A stretch of 64,000 nucleotides of DNA, from the NCBI GenBank assembly GCA_964641555.1, contig CAZXKA010000002.1, positions 10,033-74,032 on the forward strand, given 5' to 3'. Shown here in pieces: positions 23,496 to 33,444 of this stretch. Each line of letters begins with the position of its first letter. Within the stretch, counting starts at the first letter, position 1. This DNA comes from an uncultured Candidatus Peribacteria bacterium. GTDB taxonomy: Bacteria > Patescibacteriota > Gracilibacteria > Peribacterales > Peribacteraceae. The notes under the pieces were generated by a model. The model did no database searches. It was not told the origin of the DNA and was given only the letters and a program-made list of their open reading frames with translations. Both the position numbers and the translations under genes were made by a program.

Positions 23496-24308
23496 TTAGG
23501 CTGTCGGAAGAGGTTTTTTGCTACTCGGCGATCCGGCGGGAGCGGGGCGCCATCCGTAGCGGAGGAAATACTTCGTCGCATCGACGATGTGCGCGCGGCC
23601 CGTCCGTTTCTTCAACATCTTCAGCACGCTGCCCTTCGACAGCCGGTGTTCGTTGTGAACGGCCTTCGCGTCGTGCAGCTGCACCACGCGCATGCCGTGC
23701 GCCCAGGCCTCGCGGCACATCGTGATGTCGGACATGAACAGGAAGTACCGCTCGTCGTGGCCACCCGTGGCTTCCAAGCACTGCCGCGTCATGAGGAACA
23801 TCGCGCCCGTGATCCAATCGACGTCTTCGGCTTCGCCGCGGAACGTCATCGTCGACGCGCGGTGGACGTGCGGCTGGAAGAGCCGCCGCCCCATGATTTC
23901 CAGCAGTTTCGGGAACGGGCGCGCGCTGTCTTGCTCGTGGCCATCGGGGTAGATGAGTCGCGGCGCGGCGATGCCCACGTCCGGGTGGCGTTTCAGGTAA
24001 TCGAGCAGCTTCTCGATCGTGTCCTCGTGCATCGTGATGTCCGCGTTCACCGTCGCGATATAGCGTCCTTTCGCCGCCTTGTAGCCTTGGTTATTGCCGT
24101 ACACATAGCCGTCGCGGGGCAGTTCCATGAACGTGACGGGCAAGCCTTCGGCGGCCGAGCGGTCGACACGGTCATTGGCGTTCTGCCCGCCGTTGTTGAT
24201 GCAGAAAATCTCGGTCTCGGCCGGGAGCCGGACCTTTTGGAGCGATCGCAAACACTGCGTCGCGTCCTGCGGCTTGTTCGTATGCAAAATGACGATCGAG
24301 AGCTCCAT
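23496..24308 (-). CDS. GT2 family glycosyltransferase (rhamnosyltransferase-like)
   Basis: MELSIVILHTNKPQDATQCLRSL..ATVNADITMHEDT..DWITGAMFLMTRQCLEATGGHDERYF. Confidence 0.82.
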   Translation of the reverse strand: MELSIVILHTNKPQDATQCLRSLQKVRLPAETEIFCINNGGQNANDRVDRSAAEGLPVTFMELPRDGYVYGNNQGYKAAKGRYIATVNADITMHEDTIEKLLDYLKRHPDVGIAAPRLIYPDGHEQDSARPFPKLLEIMGRRLFQPHVHRASTMTFRGEAEDVDWITGAMFLMTRQCLEATGGHDERYFLFMSDITMCREAWAHGMRVVQLHDAKAVHNEHRLSKGSVLKMLKKRTGRAHIVDATKYFLRYGWRPAPAGSPSSKKPLPTA

Positions 24309-24323
24309 CCCCGTGATTCTAGC

Positions 24324-24860
24324 CTAGTCGGCGGCCGCCAAGAACGGCAGATTCGCGTCCTTCTCCGAGAGTTCGATCACGGGAAGCGGCCAGGTGATGG
24401 CAAACGTCGGGTCGCTGTAGCGAATGCCCCGGTCAGCGTCTTTATGGAATGCCGTCGACACCAAATAGAAGATTTCGGTTTCGTCCTCGAGTGTTTGAAA
24501 GCCGTGCGCGCAGCCTTTGGGCACGTAGAGCATCTTGTGGTTGTCGGCCGTCAGCTCGGCGCCGGCCCATTTTCCATACGTGGGCGAGTCTTTGCGTCGA
24601 TCGGCGACGACGTCGAAGATCCGTCCCTTCGTGCAGCGGATCACCTTCGTTTCCTCGTGCGGCGGCAATTGATAGTGCAGGCCGCGGACCGTGCCCGCCT
24701 TCTTCGTGAAGGATGCGTTGCACTGTTCGATCGTCGGGTCGAGCCCGCGTTCTTCCCAGATGGCGCGGTCGTACATCCGCGCGAAGAAGCCGCGATGGTC
24801 CTCTTTGGGCTCGGGAGAGATGAGGAACGCGCCGTGGACGGCGAGCGGTTCGATGATCAT
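24324..24860 (-). CDS. RmlC-like sugar-nucleotide 3,5-epimerase (cupin)
   Basis: [57 protein letters not shown] overlap with rfbG. Confidence 0.85.
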   Translation of the reverse strand: MIIEPLAVHGAFLISPEPKEDHRGFFARMYDRAIWEERGLDPTIEQCNASFTKKAGTVRGLHYQLPPHEETKVIRCTKGRIFDVVADRRKDSPTYGKWAGAELTADNHKMLYVPKGCAHGFQTLEDETEIFYLVSTAFHKDADRGIRYSDPTFAITWPLPVIELSEKDANLPFLAAAD

Positions 24861-25840
24861 CGAAGATAAGAGCGATACCAATCGATCGTCCTCGTGAGTC
24901 CGTCTTCCAGTGTGTACCGCGGCGTCCAGCCCAGCTGCTCGCGTGCCTTCTTGGAGCTCAGATTCTGGCGAAGGATTTCGTTGGGGGCGTTATTTTGAAT
25001 GATGGGTTGGAGATCGCTTCCCATGAGTTTCAGAATCAGATTCGTAAGATCGATCACACTCACTTCTTGATCCGTCGAGAAGTTATAGGCCTCGCCGCGC
25101 GCTTCCGGATGTGCCGCCAAGTGCTCCGCCAAGACGCGATAGGCATGCGCACCGTCACGGACGTAGAAGTAATCGCGGATGAGCGTGCCGTCGCTGCGGA
25201 TGATCGGGCGCTCGTTGCGGAGGATCGATCGGATCGTACCGGGCACGATGCGGCTCCAGTTGAAATCGCCTTCGCCGAAGAAATTGCCGCAGCGCGAGAT
25301 CGCGACGTTCATGCCGTAGGTCACGGCGTACGACTGCGCGAGCATGTCGGTGCAGGCCTTGCTGACATCGTAGGGATTGCGGGCCAGGAGCGGCATGTCC
25401 TCGGTGTAGGGGAGGACCGGCTGCTCGCCGTAGGCCTTATCGGACGACGCGACGACGATTTCGGATACCAATGGCGAACGGCGGCACGCTTCGAGGAGCG
25501 ACCACGTGCCCTGGATGTTCGATTCGAAGGTCGAAATCGGATTGCGGTTCGCGATGCCGACGATGGCCTGCGCGGCCAAGTGAAAGACGGTCTTGATGTC
25601 GTACTCGCCGAGGATTCGTTCCATCAGCGCCTGATCTTCGAGCTTCCCATGCACCTTCGTCACCTTGTCCATCGACGGGTTCCAATTTTGCATCGGCGAC
25701 GGAACGTCGTCACGGATGAGGATCACGACGGTCGTGCCCAATCCCACGAGTTCGTCGACGAGCGCATTGCCGACCAGTCCCGCCCCGCCCGTCACGAATA
25801 CCGGCCTGCCCTGCCAGGCGATGGGGGAAAGGGCGGCCAT
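24857..25840 (-). CDS. rfbG: CDP-glucose 4,6-dehydratase
   Basis: ORF trimmed to ATG 25840. [26 protein letters not shown] (YxxxK), and position directly after rfbF. Confidence 0.85.
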   Translation of the reverse strand: MAALSPIAWQGRPVFVTGGAGLVGNALVDELVGLGTTVVILIRDDVPSPMQNWNPSMDKVTKVHGKLEDQALMERILGEYDIKTVFHLAAQAIVGIANRNPISTFESNIQGTWSLLEACRRSPLVSEIVVASSDKAYGEQPVLPYTEDMPLLARNPYDVSKACTDMLAQSYAVTYGMNVAISRCGNFFGEGDFNWSRIVPGTIRSILRNERPIIRSDGTLIRDYFYVRDGAHAYRVLAEHLAAHPEARGEAYNFSTDQEVSVIDLTNLILKLMGSDLQPIIQNNAPNEILRQNLSSKKAREQLGWTPRYTLEDGLTRTIDWYRSYLR

Positions 25841-25842
25841 GC

Positions 25843-26706
25843 TTATGCGGCGGTGGGAACCGGTTGAGATGAGAGGATTTTTTCGACCGCGTGTTGTTTC
25901 GCCTGGTCCGCCGCCTGTGCCGCCTGCGTCCAGTGTGCCCACGGCGCCCTCCCCGAATTCCACAGTTCGTTGAGGTGCAGGAATTCGCGGTAGGTGTCCA
26001 TCGCGTAGAAGAAGCCGTCGTGCTTGTACGCCACGAGCTGGCGGTCGGCCGTCAATCCTTCCATCACTTTCTTCTCGAGAACCTGCGACGGATCGTTCTT
26101 GGCGTAGTTGAAGATTTCGGGCTCGAAGACGAAGAAGCCGGCGTTGATCCAGCTGCTCGTGTCGGGCTTTTCGGCGAACGACGTGACGGTGCCGTCCTCC
26201 ATGGTCTCAATGACACCGAAGCGCGAGATCGTCGGGACCGACGTCACGGTCGCGATTTTCCCATGGCTCTTGTGGAACGCGACGAGCTCGTCGAGATCGA
26301 CGTCCGACAGGCCGTCGCCGTACGTGCAGAGGAACGTTTCGTTGCGCAGGTGGCGCCGCACGCGAGCCAGCCGGCATCCCGTCATCGCGTCAAGGCCGGT
26401 GTCGGCCAGCGTCACGCGGAAATCGTGCTCGTCGGTTTTGTCATGGTGGACGATGCGCGCCTCCTCACCGCCCAAATCCACCGTCACGTCGCCGTTCATC
26501 GCGCGGTAATTCACGAAGTACTCCTTGATCTGCTCACCTTTGTACCCCAGCGGCAGGACGAATTCCTTGTGCCCGCAGTGGGCGTAAATCTTCATGATGT
26601 GCCAGAGGATCGGACGGCCCCCGACGGGGACCATCGGCTTCGGCCGCGTTTCGGTTTCTTCCCGGAGCCGCGTCCCTTGACCTCCGCAAAAAATGACGAC
26701 TTGCAT
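25843..26706 (-). CDS. rfbF: Glucose-1-phosphate cytidylyltransferase
   Basis: ORF trimmed to ATG 26706. [41 protein letters not shown]. Confidence 0.9.
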   Translation of the reverse strand: MQVVIFCGGQGTRLREETETRPKPMVPVGGRPILWHIMKIYAHCGHKEFVLPLGYKGEQIKEYFVNYRAMNGDVTVDLGGEEARIVHHDKTDEHDFRVTLADTGLDAMTGCRLARVRRHLRNETFLCTYGDGLSDVDLDELVAFHKSHGKIATVTSVPTISRFGVIETMEDGTVTSFAEKPDTSSWINAGFFVFEPEIFNYAKNDPSQVLEKKVMEGLTADRQLVAYKHDGFFYAMDTYREFLHLNELWNSGRAPWAHWTQAAQAADQAKQHAVEKILSSQPVPTAA

Positions 26707-26715
26707 ACGCTTCCG

Positions 26716-26745
26716 AGTATAACCACCGGGCATTCAGGAGTACAA
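26716..26745 (-). promoter_or_regulatory. Promoter of the rfbF operon (near-leaderless)
   Basis: On the minus strand: TTGTAC (26745-26740), 18 nt spacer, TATACT (26721-26716), then 9 nt to ATG 26706. Confidence 0.5.
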
Positions 26746-26805
26746 GCGTTTTTGGGTGTTCTTCTGAGACGGAAGCCCTTCGCTGCTTCGTCTGTAGCAG
26801 GTAGC

Positions 26806-27894
26806 ATGGATACGATGCACGTGGTTCTTGCGAGCGGTATCTATCCGCCCGACATCGGCGGTCCGGCAACGTATGTGTCCGCGCTCGCGACGGCACTGCG
26901 ATCGAAGGGCGTCACGGTCCGCATCGTGGCGTACGGCGATGTGCAGGAGAGCGATCGGCGCGACGACGTCACGCGCGTCTTGCGCGCCGGCGGTCCGCTC
27001 CTGCGGTACATCCGCTATGCCCGGACGTTGCGCCGGATTGCGGAAGGGGCCGATATCGTTGAAGCATTTTCGTCGGTGAGCGCGGGCGTCCCGCTGTGGC
27101 TGGCGCACCTGCGAGGGCCTAAAAAAATCCTGCGTCTCGGCGGGGATTTCCTCTGGGAGCGCGCGACGGACAAAGGCGATCCGCGCGGATTGATGCAATG
27201 GTACGAGGAATCGCAGCGGTTCACCGGCCTCATGAACGGATTGCTGCGAACGTTCGACGTGATCGTGTTCTCGACCGCGTTCCAAGAAGATCTCTACCGG
27301 CGCGTCTACACGAATCTGCCGCCGATGACCGTCATCGAGAACGTGTCGCCGTCCGGAACGCCGACGGCGCACGCCAAGCACGACCCGTTCCGACTGCTCT
27401 TCCTCGGTCGGTTCGTAGCCTTCAAAAACCTCCCCGCGCTGATCGAGGCGATGCCGCTTCTGCCGAATGCGACGCTCACGCTGGCCGGCGGCGGTCCGAT
27501 GGAGCAAGCACTGCGCGATCTCGTACGGAACCGGAATCTCGGTGACCGCGTCACGTTTCTGCCGGTGCAGCACGGCGCCGACAAAACCGCGTTGCTGCGC
27601 GATCACGATCTGCTCGTATTGCCCTCCACGACGGAATTGAGCCCCAACACCGCGCTTGAAGCGCGCGCGGCGGGATTGCCCGTTCTCCTGACGCGCGAAA
27701 CGGGGCTCAGCCGCGCGTCGCTTGAAGGGATGACCGTGCAGGATCTGCGTCGGTCCGACGACATCGCGAAGGCCGTTGAGGAAGTCGCGGCGAAGTACGA
27801 TGCGCATGCCGCACGTGCGGCACAACCACTCTCGGAACGCACGTGGAATACGCTCGCGGATGAACACCTTGCCCTCTTCTCGAGCTTGCTATGA
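26806..27894 (+). CDS. GT4 family glycosyltransferase
   Basis: The real part of ORF 25891..27894 starts at ATG 26806 (MDTMHVVLASGIYPPDIGGPATYV). FLGRFVAFKNL..LPSTTELSPNTALEARAAGLPVL. Confidence 0.85.
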   Translation: MDTMHVVLASGIYPPDIGGPATYVSALATALRSKGVTVRIVAYGDVQESDRRDDVTRVLRAGGPLLRYIRYARTLRRIAEGADIVEAFSSVSAGVPLWLAHLRGPKKILRLGGDFLWERATDKGDPRGLMQWYEESQRFTGLMNGLLRTFDVIVFSTAFQEDLYRRVYTNLPPMTVIENVSPSGTPTAHAKHDPFRLLFLGRFVAFKNLPALIEAMPLLPNATLTLAGGGPMEQALRDLVRNRNLGDRVTFLPVQHGADKTALLRDHDLLVLPSTTELSPNTALEARAAGLPVLLTRETGLSRASLEGMTVQDLRRSDDIAKAVEEVAAKYDAHAARAAQPLSERTWNTLADEHLALFSSLL

Positions 27895-28997
27895 ATCTCC
27901 TGATGATCACCGGAGACAGAGCGGTCGCGTCGGGCAAGCGCGGACCGTTCGCGGTGACGCTCACGGGACTCGCGCGGCACTTCGATCGGATCGACGTGCT
28001 CACGCCGAAGGTCTCCGTCGGCGACAAAGCCTGGCAATCGCTCGTGCCGCCGAACGTGCACATCCACAGCGCTCCCGTGGGCTTCTTCGGGCATGCTCGC
28101 TGGATCATGACGAAGGGGGAAGAGTTGGCCGCGCAGCACGACATCCGCCATGCGACCGTGCAGGCGTCGCCGCCGTTCCACCATGCCCTCGGCGCCGTAC
28201 GCCTTGCGAAAAAGACGGGGATGAAATTAGCGCTCGAGGTCCACCACGTCGTCGGCCACCCGCGCGCGGCGTCGTTCCAGGAACGTATCGGATATGTACT
28301 GTCCCGGTTGATGATCCCACGACTCTCCCGAACGGTTCGGGCGGTACGCGTCGTGAACAAGGGGATGGTCTCCTTTTTGGCAAAGTGGGGCGTCAAAGAA
28401 TCGCTGCTGCACGTCGTGCCGTCGTTCTATCTCGATACGTCACTGGTCCGTGCCGTGGCTGACGTGCAGCCAACGGCATCGCTGTCATTTTGCGCCCGTC
28501 TCGTTCCCAATAAAAACCTCCCGCTCGTCTTCCGCGCGTTGCAACTGCTGCCGCAGGCAACGCTCGTCGTCATCAGCGACGGGCCGATGCGCAAGCCGTG
28601 GGAAGCGCTGGCGCGCGATCTCGGCGTCGCACCGCGCGTCACCTTCCTCGGATGGCTGGGGAGTGAGATCGACGTGGCCCGCGCGATGCGGTCGGCGCAC
28701 GTCTTCGTGATGCCGAGTCTGAGCGAAGGCGGACCGCGCGTCGGGCTTGAAGCGATGATGCTCGGAATGCCGGTCGTCTCGACGAAGGTCGGCATCATGC
28801 CGGATGCGATCGTGCACGGACGCAACGGGTTTCTCGCCGATGCAACGCCCGAAGCCTTCGCGGAGGTTTTAAAACCGCTCCTGGCGGATGCGAATCTGCG
28901 GATACGGATCGGCGCCGAAGCATCGAAGATCGTCGACCAGCACGAGCGCGAGACGGCCATCGCGCGCTATGCCCGCTTTCTCATCGCGCTCCCATGA
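27891..28997 (+). CDS. GT4 family glycosyltransferase
   Basis: FCARLVPNKNL..MPSLSEGGPRVGLEAMMLGMPVVSTKVG. ATGA overlap. Confidence 0.85.
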   Translation: MNLLMITGDRAVASGKRGPFAVTLTGLARHFDRIDVLTPKVSVGDKAWQSLVPPNVHIHSAPVGFFGHARWIMTKGEELAAQHDIRHATVQASPPFHHALGAVRLAKKTGMKLALEVHHVVGHPRAASFQERIGYVLSRLMIPRLSRTVRAVRVVNKGMVSFLAKWGVKESLLHVVPSFYLDTSLVRAVADVQPTASLSFCARLVPNKNLPLVFRALQLLPQATLVVISDGPMRKPWEALARDLGVAPRVTFLGWLGSEIDVARAMRSAHVFVMPSLSEGGPRVGLEAMMLGMPVVSTKVGIMPDAIVHGRNGFLADATPEAFAEVLKPLLADANLRIRIGAEASKIVDQHERETAIARYARFLIALP

Positions 28998-30022
28998 AAC
29001 TCCTCTTCATCACGCAAAAACTGCACGAGCAGGACGCATTCACGGTTCTGTGGATCGAGGCGTGGCAGCGGCGCGGGTACGACGTCACGGTTCTTTGTCT
29101 CGAGTGGAAGCCGCACGCCGCGATGACCGCGCTCGGCCGTGATCAGGCGCCGAATGTCACCGTGCGCTCGATGGGCAAGGAGAACGGCGCGTCGCGCTTC
29201 ATGCAGGTTCTGCGCTTCCTGTGGTTCACGGCGACGCTGCGCTACGACCGCGTCTTCATCCACATGACGCCGGTGTGGGGCGCCATCGGAGCGCCGATCT
29301 GGCTGGTCCGACGAACGCCCGTGTACTTGTGGTACACCCACTACAAAATGCAGACGGGATTGTGGTTGCTCGGGAAGTACGGCAAGAGGCTCTTCGCCGC
29401 GACGTCGCAGAGCCTTCCGCACTATGAAGGGAATCCCAAGAAGGTCGTCGTCGGCCACGGCGTGGATCTGTCGTACTGGCCGCAGCGATCCAGTGCTTGT
29501 ACCGATCCGCATCGTCTGCTGATGGTCCATCGTCTCGCGCGCAGTAAACGCTTGGAACTCGCGCTCCATGCGCTGGCATTGCTGCCGCCGGAATTCACGC
29601 TCGATATTTACGGTATCGAATCGGAGCCCGACTACGTGATCGAGACGCAGCAACGCATGCGCTCGCTCAAGCTCGAGCGCCGTGTGACGTTCCACGGCAC
29701 CGTTCCGTCGAAGGATTTGCCGAGTATCTACGCCGCGCATCGTCTTATTCTGAACATGGCCAGCGAGACGATCGACAAGACGATGCTCGAGGCGATGACG
29801 TGCGGATGCTACCCCGTCACGACGGAGCGGAATGCCCAGGCGATCGGCCTCCCCGCCGCACCCACGAAAGACACGCCCGAGGAAATCGCGGCGTTCGTGC
29901 AGTTCTACACGACCCAGGATCTTCCGGCGACCGCCGACGAGCTCTACGCCATCGTTCGCGATCGCCATAGCTTGGACGGCATCGTGGAAAAAATGGATCA
30001 GTACGTTTCGACGGGCACATGA
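28994..30022 (+). CDS. GT4-like glycosyltransferase (divergent)
   Basis: LMVHRLARSKRLE..LNMASETIDKTMLEAMTCGCYPV. ATGA overlaps on both sides. Confidence 0.7.
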   Translation: MKLLFITQKLHEQDAFTVLWIEAWQRRGYDVTVLCLEWKPHAAMTALGRDQAPNVTVRSMGKENGASRFMQVLRFLWFTATLRYDRVFIHMTPVWGAIGAPIWLVRRTPVYLWYTHYKMQTGLWLLGKYGKRLFAATSQSLPHYEGNPKKVVVGHGVDLSYWPQRSSACTDPHRLLMVHRLARSKRLELALHALALLPPEFTLDIYGIESEPDYVIETQQRMRSLKLERRVTFHGTVPSKDLPSIYAAHRLILNMASETIDKTMLEAMTCGCYPVTTERNAQAIGLPAAPTKDTPEEIAAFVQFYTTQDLPATADELYAIVRDRHSLDGIVEKMDQYVSTGT

Positions 30023-31182
30023 GCGCGACGATTCCGTGCAGCGTCCTCGTCCTCACCCGGAACGCCGCCGGAACGATCATTGCGTGCCTCGAGAGCCTGC
30101 GGTCCTTTGCCGAGGTGATCGTGCTCGACGGGGGATCGACGGATGCGACGCGAGACATTGCCGGTCGGTATCCGAATGTGCGGATGCTTGAACAACCGAA
30201 AGAGTATCTGGATGCCGACGGACGCATCCGCGACTTCGCGGCGGTGCGGAACGTCGGGTTTGCGGCCGCGAGCCAGCCGTGGTTTCTGTTCGTCGATGCC
30301 GATGAAACGCTCACGCCGGAACTTTTGATGTCGATCGAACGTGCCGTCGCAGCAGGAACGTGCGATGCCTACGAAGTACGCCGTCGCTTCGTTATCGACG
30401 GCGAAACCGTGAGTCGTGCGGCGGCGTATCCGTCGTTCCACGTGCGGCTCGTACGGACAACCGCAACCGACGGCTTTGGAAAACCGGTGCACGAACGCTT
30501 CAACCTGAAGCCGGACGCAACCATCGGTCGACTTGATGGCGATCTGCATATTCCGCTTCCGGCACCGTCGACGCTCTGGCCCAAGTACCGCCGCTATCTC
30601 ACCATCGAAGCCGAACGCGCGGCAACCATGCGCATGGGGGACTGGCTCTATTGGGTGCTCTGGCGAAGTCTGCGATCGTGCGTGTCGTACGCGATTCGGT
30701 TGCTTGTCGTGTGGATCGTGCCGGGCAAAGGGAAGCGGCTGCCGCTCGCGTATGAGTGGCAATTCCTAGCGTACCCGCTGTTGCTCATCGCCGAAACGTC
30801 GCCGCTGCATCGGTTGCCGTTCGGGCAATTCGTGACGTACCTGGGCACCGGCGGCGCGGCCACGGCGATCAACGTCGGGTTGTACCTGCTGCTCCTGCGA
30901 GCCGGCACGTGGTACGTCGCCGCGTCGGTCGTCAGCGAAATCGCCGGATTCCTCAGCGCGTTCGTGCTCCACAAGTACGTCGCGTTTCGCGCGCACGGCG
31001 ACCGCGCGAAGCATTTCCTTCGCTACTGCGCGCTCGGGCTTTGGAACCTGGCGGCATCGACTGCGCTCATTTGGGTCTTCGTCGATGCCGTGGGCATCGG
31101 CGAATTCGTCGCCAAACTCCTCGTGCTCGCGTGCATGGTCGCGTGGAATTTCTTCATCTACAAATTCATCGTCTACCGCTGA
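30019..31182 (+). CDS. GT2 glycosyltransferase fused to a C-terminal GtrA-like membrane domain
   Basis: CSVLVLTRNAAGTI..VLDGGSTDAT..FVDADE at the N-terminus. The C-terminus FVTYLGTGGAATAINVGLYLLLL..HKYVAFR..FIYKFIVYR is GtrA-like with 4 TM helices. Confidence 0.8.
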   Translation: MSATIPCSVLVLTRNAAGTIIACLESLRSFAEVIVLDGGSTDATRDIAGRYPNVRMLEQPKEYLDADGRIRDFAAVRNVGFAAASQPWFLFVDADETLTPELLMSIERAVAAGTCDAYEVRRRFVIDGETVSRAAAYPSFHVRLVRTTATDGFGKPVHERFNLKPDATIGRLDGDLHIPLPAPSTLWPKYRRYLTIEAERAATMRMGDWLYWVLWRSLRSCVSYAIRLLVVWIVPGKGKRLPLAYEWQFLAYPLLLIAETSPLHRLPFGQFVTYLGTGGAATAINVGLYLLLLRAGTWYVAASVVSEIAGFLSAFVLHKYVAFRAHGDRAKHFLRYCALGLWNLAASTALIWVFVDAVGIGEFVAKLLVLACMVAWNFFIYKFIVYR

Positions 31183-31884
31183 TCACACCGCCTGTCGCAG
31201 CACCTGGAGCCTCCACCACGTCCTCCACATGTCCGCGAACGCTTTCCAGACGGTCGAGGGTTTTCCGCCGTGCGCTTTGCCGCCCTTGCGGGTTTCCTGC
31301 ACGAAGTCGATCTTGGCAATCCGATACCCCCGCTTCGCCGCGCGGATGATGCGTTCGGCCTCCACGAACACGCTCGTCGAGGAGACGCGAATATCCCGAT
31401 AGACCTTGAGGGGCACCAGTTTTACGCTTCCCGAGTCGTACAAATCGACGCCGAAGAGGACGCGCGGGAGCCACCGATAGCAAAACGAGATGACGTGCCG
31501 CGCGAGCGTGTACTGCTTGGTGCTGCGGTTGCAGATGACGATATCCGCGCGATCGAGGAGCGGCATGCAGCGTTCCACGAGTTCGGGCGGGAACTGCCCG
31601 TCGCCCGACACGAGGAAAACGTAATCTTTGGATGCGAGTGCGTAGAGATCTTCGAACGTCTTCGCGATGCCTTGGTTTTTTTCATGACGTTCCACGTGCA
31701 ACCGGGGAAACCGCGCTTTCAACGATTCCAAAATGGAGAGCGTGTTGTCTTTCGAGGTATCGTCCAGCGCAATCACCTCGTAGTCGCTCGTGCAACGCGC
31801 CGCGGCGGCATCGCACCGCGCGACGGTGTCGGCGATCGCGGCTTCCTCGTTGTAGGCGGGAATGACGATGGAGAGGGACGGCAC
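31183..31884 (-). CDS. GT2 glycosyltransferase, polyprenyl-phosphate sugar synthase-like
   Basis: GTG start. PSLSIVIPAYNEEAAI..ALDDTSKDNT..VSGDGQFPPE. Confidence 0.82.
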   Translation of the reverse strand: MPSLSIVIPAYNEEAAIADTVARCDAAAARCTSDYEVIALDDTSKDNTLSILESLKARFPRLHVERHEKNQGIAKTFEDLYALASKDYVFLVSGDGQFPPELVERCMPLLDRADIVICNRSTKQYTLARHVISFCYRWLPRVLFGVDLYDSGSVKLVPLKVYRDIRVSSTSVFVEAERIIRAAKRGYRIAKIDFVQETRKGGKAHGGKPSTVWKAFADMWRTWWRLQVLRQAV

Positions 31885-31888
31885 CGGC

Positions 31889-32977
31889 CTAGTTTAGCGT
31901 TCCGAGCGCCGCCGTCACCTGGTCCACCTGCTCGTTCGTCAGTTCGGGGTAGAGCGGGAGCGAGAGGATTTCGCGTGATAATCGCTCGGCGACGGGGAAA
32001 TCGCCGTGCTTCCAGCGTCCGGCGTAGGCCGGTTGCTCGTGGATGGGCACAGGATAGTGGATGCCCGTGCCGACCCCGCGTTCGGCCAACGCGGCTTTGA
32101 CGGCGTCGCGGTCTTTCACGCGTATGACGAACAGGTGCATCGCGGATGCCCGGTCGGCATGTGCAGCAAAGGGCACGGTCCAGGAGGGAAGCGATGCGCG
32201 ATACCGCTCGGCGATCGCACGCCGGCGTTCGTTCCAGGAAGCAAGGAACGGGAGTTTGGCCAGAAGCACCGCCGCCTGCAGTCCGTCGAGCCTGTCGTTC
32301 CAACCGACGATCTCGTGTTCGTACTTTTTCTTCGACCCGTGATCGCGCAGCATGCGGATGCGCTCGGCGACTGCATCGTCATCGGTCGTGATCGCTCCGC
32401 CGTCGCCGTACGCACCCAGGTTCTTGCCGGGGTAGAAACTGAACGCCGCACCGTGCGCGAGCGAACCCGCGAGCTTCCCCTGGTACGTCGCGCCGTGCGC
32501 TTGGCAGGCGTCTTCGAAGACGAACAGCCCATGCTTGTCGGCAATCGTACGAATCGCATTCATGTCGGCCGGTTGTCCGTAGAGGTGCACGGGGATGATC
32601 GCCTTCGTCTTCGGCGTGATCGCGTGTTCCAGCAGCGACGGATCCAGCAATGCGTCCTCTTCGCGGCAGTCGACGAGCACCGGCGTCGCTCCGGCCTGTG
32701 AGATCGCCTCGGCCGAGGCAAAGAACGAATTGGCGACGGTGATCACCTCGTCCCCGTGGCCGATACCGTTCGCGCGCAACAAAAAGTGCAGCGCCGCCGT
32801 GCCGGAGTTCAGCGCGATGCAGTGCGTGGCGCCGCAGAACGCCGCGAACGCTTTCTCAAAATTCTCGACTTCCGGACCGCCGACGAACGCACTGGATTCG
32901 AGGACGCGTCGGATCGACGCATCGATCTCCGGTCGGATCGTCTCGTACTGCGCCCGCAGGTCGACGAAGGGGATCAT
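31889..32977 (-). CDS. DegT/DnrJ/EryC1/StrS family sugar aminotransferase (WbpE-like)
   Basis: ORF trimmed to ATG 32977. MIPFVDLRAQY..SFYPGKNLGAYGDGGAITTDD. Confidence 0.9.
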   Translation of the reverse strand: MIPFVDLRAQYETIRPEIDASIRRVLESSAFVGGPEVENFEKAFAAFCGATHCIALNSGTAALHFLLRANGIGHGDEVITVANSFFASAEAISQAGATPVLVDCREEDALLDPSLLEHAITPKTKAIIPVHLYGQPADMNAIRTIADKHGLFVFEDACQAHGATYQGKLAGSLAHGAAFSFYPGKNLGAYGDGGAITTDDDAVAERIRMLRDHGSKKKYEHEIVGWNDRLDGLQAAVLLAKLPFLASWNERRRAIAERYRASLPSWTVPFAAHADRASAMHLFVIRVKDRDAVKAALAERGVGTGIHYPVPIHEQPAYAGRWKHGDFPVAERLSREILSLPLYPELTNEQVDQVTAALGTLN

Positions 32978-33444
32978 GCGCGGGGAATCATGGGCTTGGC
33001 CGGGTTTCCGACGACCGTGGCGCCGGCCGGCACGTCCTTCGTGACGACGGAGCCGGCCCCCACCATCGCACCCTCGCCGATCGTGATTCCCGGGAGGATC
33101 GTCGCGTTGCTGCCGATCGAGGCGTTCTTCCGCACGAGCGTCGGCAGGCACTCCCAGTCGTCGGCGGTCTGCACCGTGCCGTCATCCCGCAATGATCTTG
33201 GAGACTTGTCGTTCGTAAACATCACCCCATGGCCCACGAAGACGCCGTCTTCGAGCGTGACGCCGCTGCAGAGAAAACTATGACTCTGGATCTTGCACCG
33301 CTTACCGATGACGACGCCCGACTGGATTTCGACGAAGGGGCCGATCATGGATGCATCGCCGATCGTGCAGCCGTACAGGTTCACGAAGTCGCGGATGACC
33401 ACGTTCGCGCCGAGCGTCACGGAGGGGGCGATCTTCTGGGTCAT
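32974..33444 (-). CDS. Left-handed beta-helix N-acetyltransferase (WbpD/QdtC-like)
   Basis: ORF trimmed to ATG 33444. Hexapeptide repeats (IGDASMIGPFVEIQSGVVIG, IGSNATILPGITIGEGAMVGAGSVV). ATGA overlaps on both sides. Confidence 0.85.
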   Translation of the reverse strand: MTQKIAPSVTLGANVVIRDFVNLYGCTIGDASMIGPFVEIQSGVVIGKRCKIQSHSFLCSGVTLEDGVFVGHGVMFTNDKSPRSLRDDGTVQTADDWECLPTLVRKNASIGSNATILPGITIGEGAMVGAGSVVTKDVPAGATVVGNPAKPMIPRA

